From assembly GCF_006345805.1 (NCBI RefSeq), contig NC_043004.1, forward strand, positions 81,840,001 through 81,904,000: a stretch of 64,000 nucleotides of DNA. The letters run 5' to 3'. This document shows positions 62,860 through 64,000 of the stretch, piece after piece. The position numbers and the translations under genes are program-made. Below the pieces are notes generated by a model. The model had not been told where the DNA came from. It made no database searches and saw only the letters and a list, made by a program, of their open reading frames with translations. Every line of letters starts with the position of its first letter. Positions within the stretch are counted from its first letter, which is position 1. This DNA comes from Octopus sinensis (lineage: Eukaryota).

Positions 62860-63230
62860 GGATGATGATGATGATGATGATAATGATGATGATGATGATG
62901 ATGATAATGATGATGATGATGATGATGATAATGATGATAATGATGATGATGTCAGCGGTGGTGGTCATGATGGAGTTGTTGGTAATGATTGTAGTTTCCC
63001 GTGGTGGTAGTGATGGTGGCGAAAATGGTAATGGGGGTGGACAGCGATAACAGTGTTGGTGATAACAGACGTGAGAATGATGAGTGTGGTGGCGGTGATG
63101 GTAGATGATGGTAGATGCGGTGGTCATGGTGGCGGCTATGATGCCGATGATGGTAGTGGTGGTGGTGGTGATAACGGAGGATGTGGTGTGGCTGCTGCTG
63201 ATGGCGATGACGATAGTGCTCATTGCGAAG
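61262..63230. repeat. Large compound trinucleotide region: (CAC/CAA/CAG)n 61262-61815, (GTG/GTA)n 62117-62600, (GAT)n to about 62950
   Basis: Directly visible; source of the poly-P/H/T/V/D/M ORFs. Confidence 0.95.
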
Positions 63231-63373
63231 ATAGAGCGGGATGGTGTAAGTGGGGAGTGGTGGGAGAGAACGTCGACCTCGGTGGCGAAAAACAAAACAA
63301 CAACAAAAAATATGAAAAAATAACAACTTAATAGCACAAATATCCAGAAACATTATAAAAAGAGGGAGTAGGA

Positions 63374-63476
<103 letters not shown>

Positions 63477-63486
63477 AATAATAATT

Positions 63487-63785
63487 GGCGTAGGAGTGGC
63501 TTTGTGGTAAGTAACTTGCTTACCAGCCACATGGTTCCGGGTTCAGTCCCACTGCGTGGCATCTTGGGCAAGTGTCTTCTACTATAGCCTCGGGCCGACC
63601 AAAGCCTTGTGAGTAGATTTGGTAGACGGAAACTGAAAGAAGCTCGTCATATATATATATATATGACGATAGAATAAGTACTAGGCTTACAAAGAATAAG
63701 TCCTGGGGTTGATTTGCTCGACTAAAGGCAGTGCTCCAGCTTGGCTAACTGTCATATGACTGAAACAAGTAAAAGAGTAGAAGAG

Positions 63786-63787
<2 letters not shown>
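63487..63787 (+). mobile_element. SINE family A, internally deleted
   Basis: Head and tail present; about 70 bp missing after the TA tract. Confidence 0.9.
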
Positions 63788-63839
<52 letters not shown>

Positions 63840-64000
63840 AAGAAGAAGAAGAAGAAGAAGAAGAAAAGAAAAAGAAGAAGAACAACAACATCAATAACAA
63901 CAACAATAACTTCAAAGAACAGCAATCTCATAAAGATATAACCTGAAAAATATTTCAAGATGGACAAATTTCCTCCCAAATCTCATATATAGATTTCTGG

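Overview
Eukaryotic, AT-rich, repeat-saturated genomic DNA with one 100-N scaffold gap (23817-23916). The tRNA-derived SINE families and extreme microsatellite density point to an octopus or other cephalopod genome (inference from recalled repeat families, not a database search). I found no credible host protein-coding exon, rRNA, intact tRNA or CRISPR array; almost all long ORFs in the track are microsatellite translations. The window contains: (1) 13 R4/Dong-type (RT plus restriction-like endonuclease) retroelement 3' ends from about 7 families, one near full length (3878-7826), each ending in an (AAT)n tract and oriented so its sense strand reads AAT, forming head-to-tail stacks; (2) two Penelope-like elements (PLEs) with an inverted 5' copy of their 3' end (49044-52752 near full length; 35283-37059 truncated) and several solo PLE ends; (3) type-I hammerhead ribozyme motifs from several unrelated families, including a tandem pair 664 nt apart (24983-25065, 25647-25729) and intact-core singletons at 39900 and 43492, with all intact or near-intact ones on the minus strand; (4) RTE, CR1, L1/Tx1-like and Gypsy-like remnants, Tc1/mariner fragments, MITEs, two Helentron-type non-autonomous elements and about 30 SINE copies of four types. 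All alignments and folds were done by eye; most boundaries are approximate (about 10 bp, more for degenerate copies).
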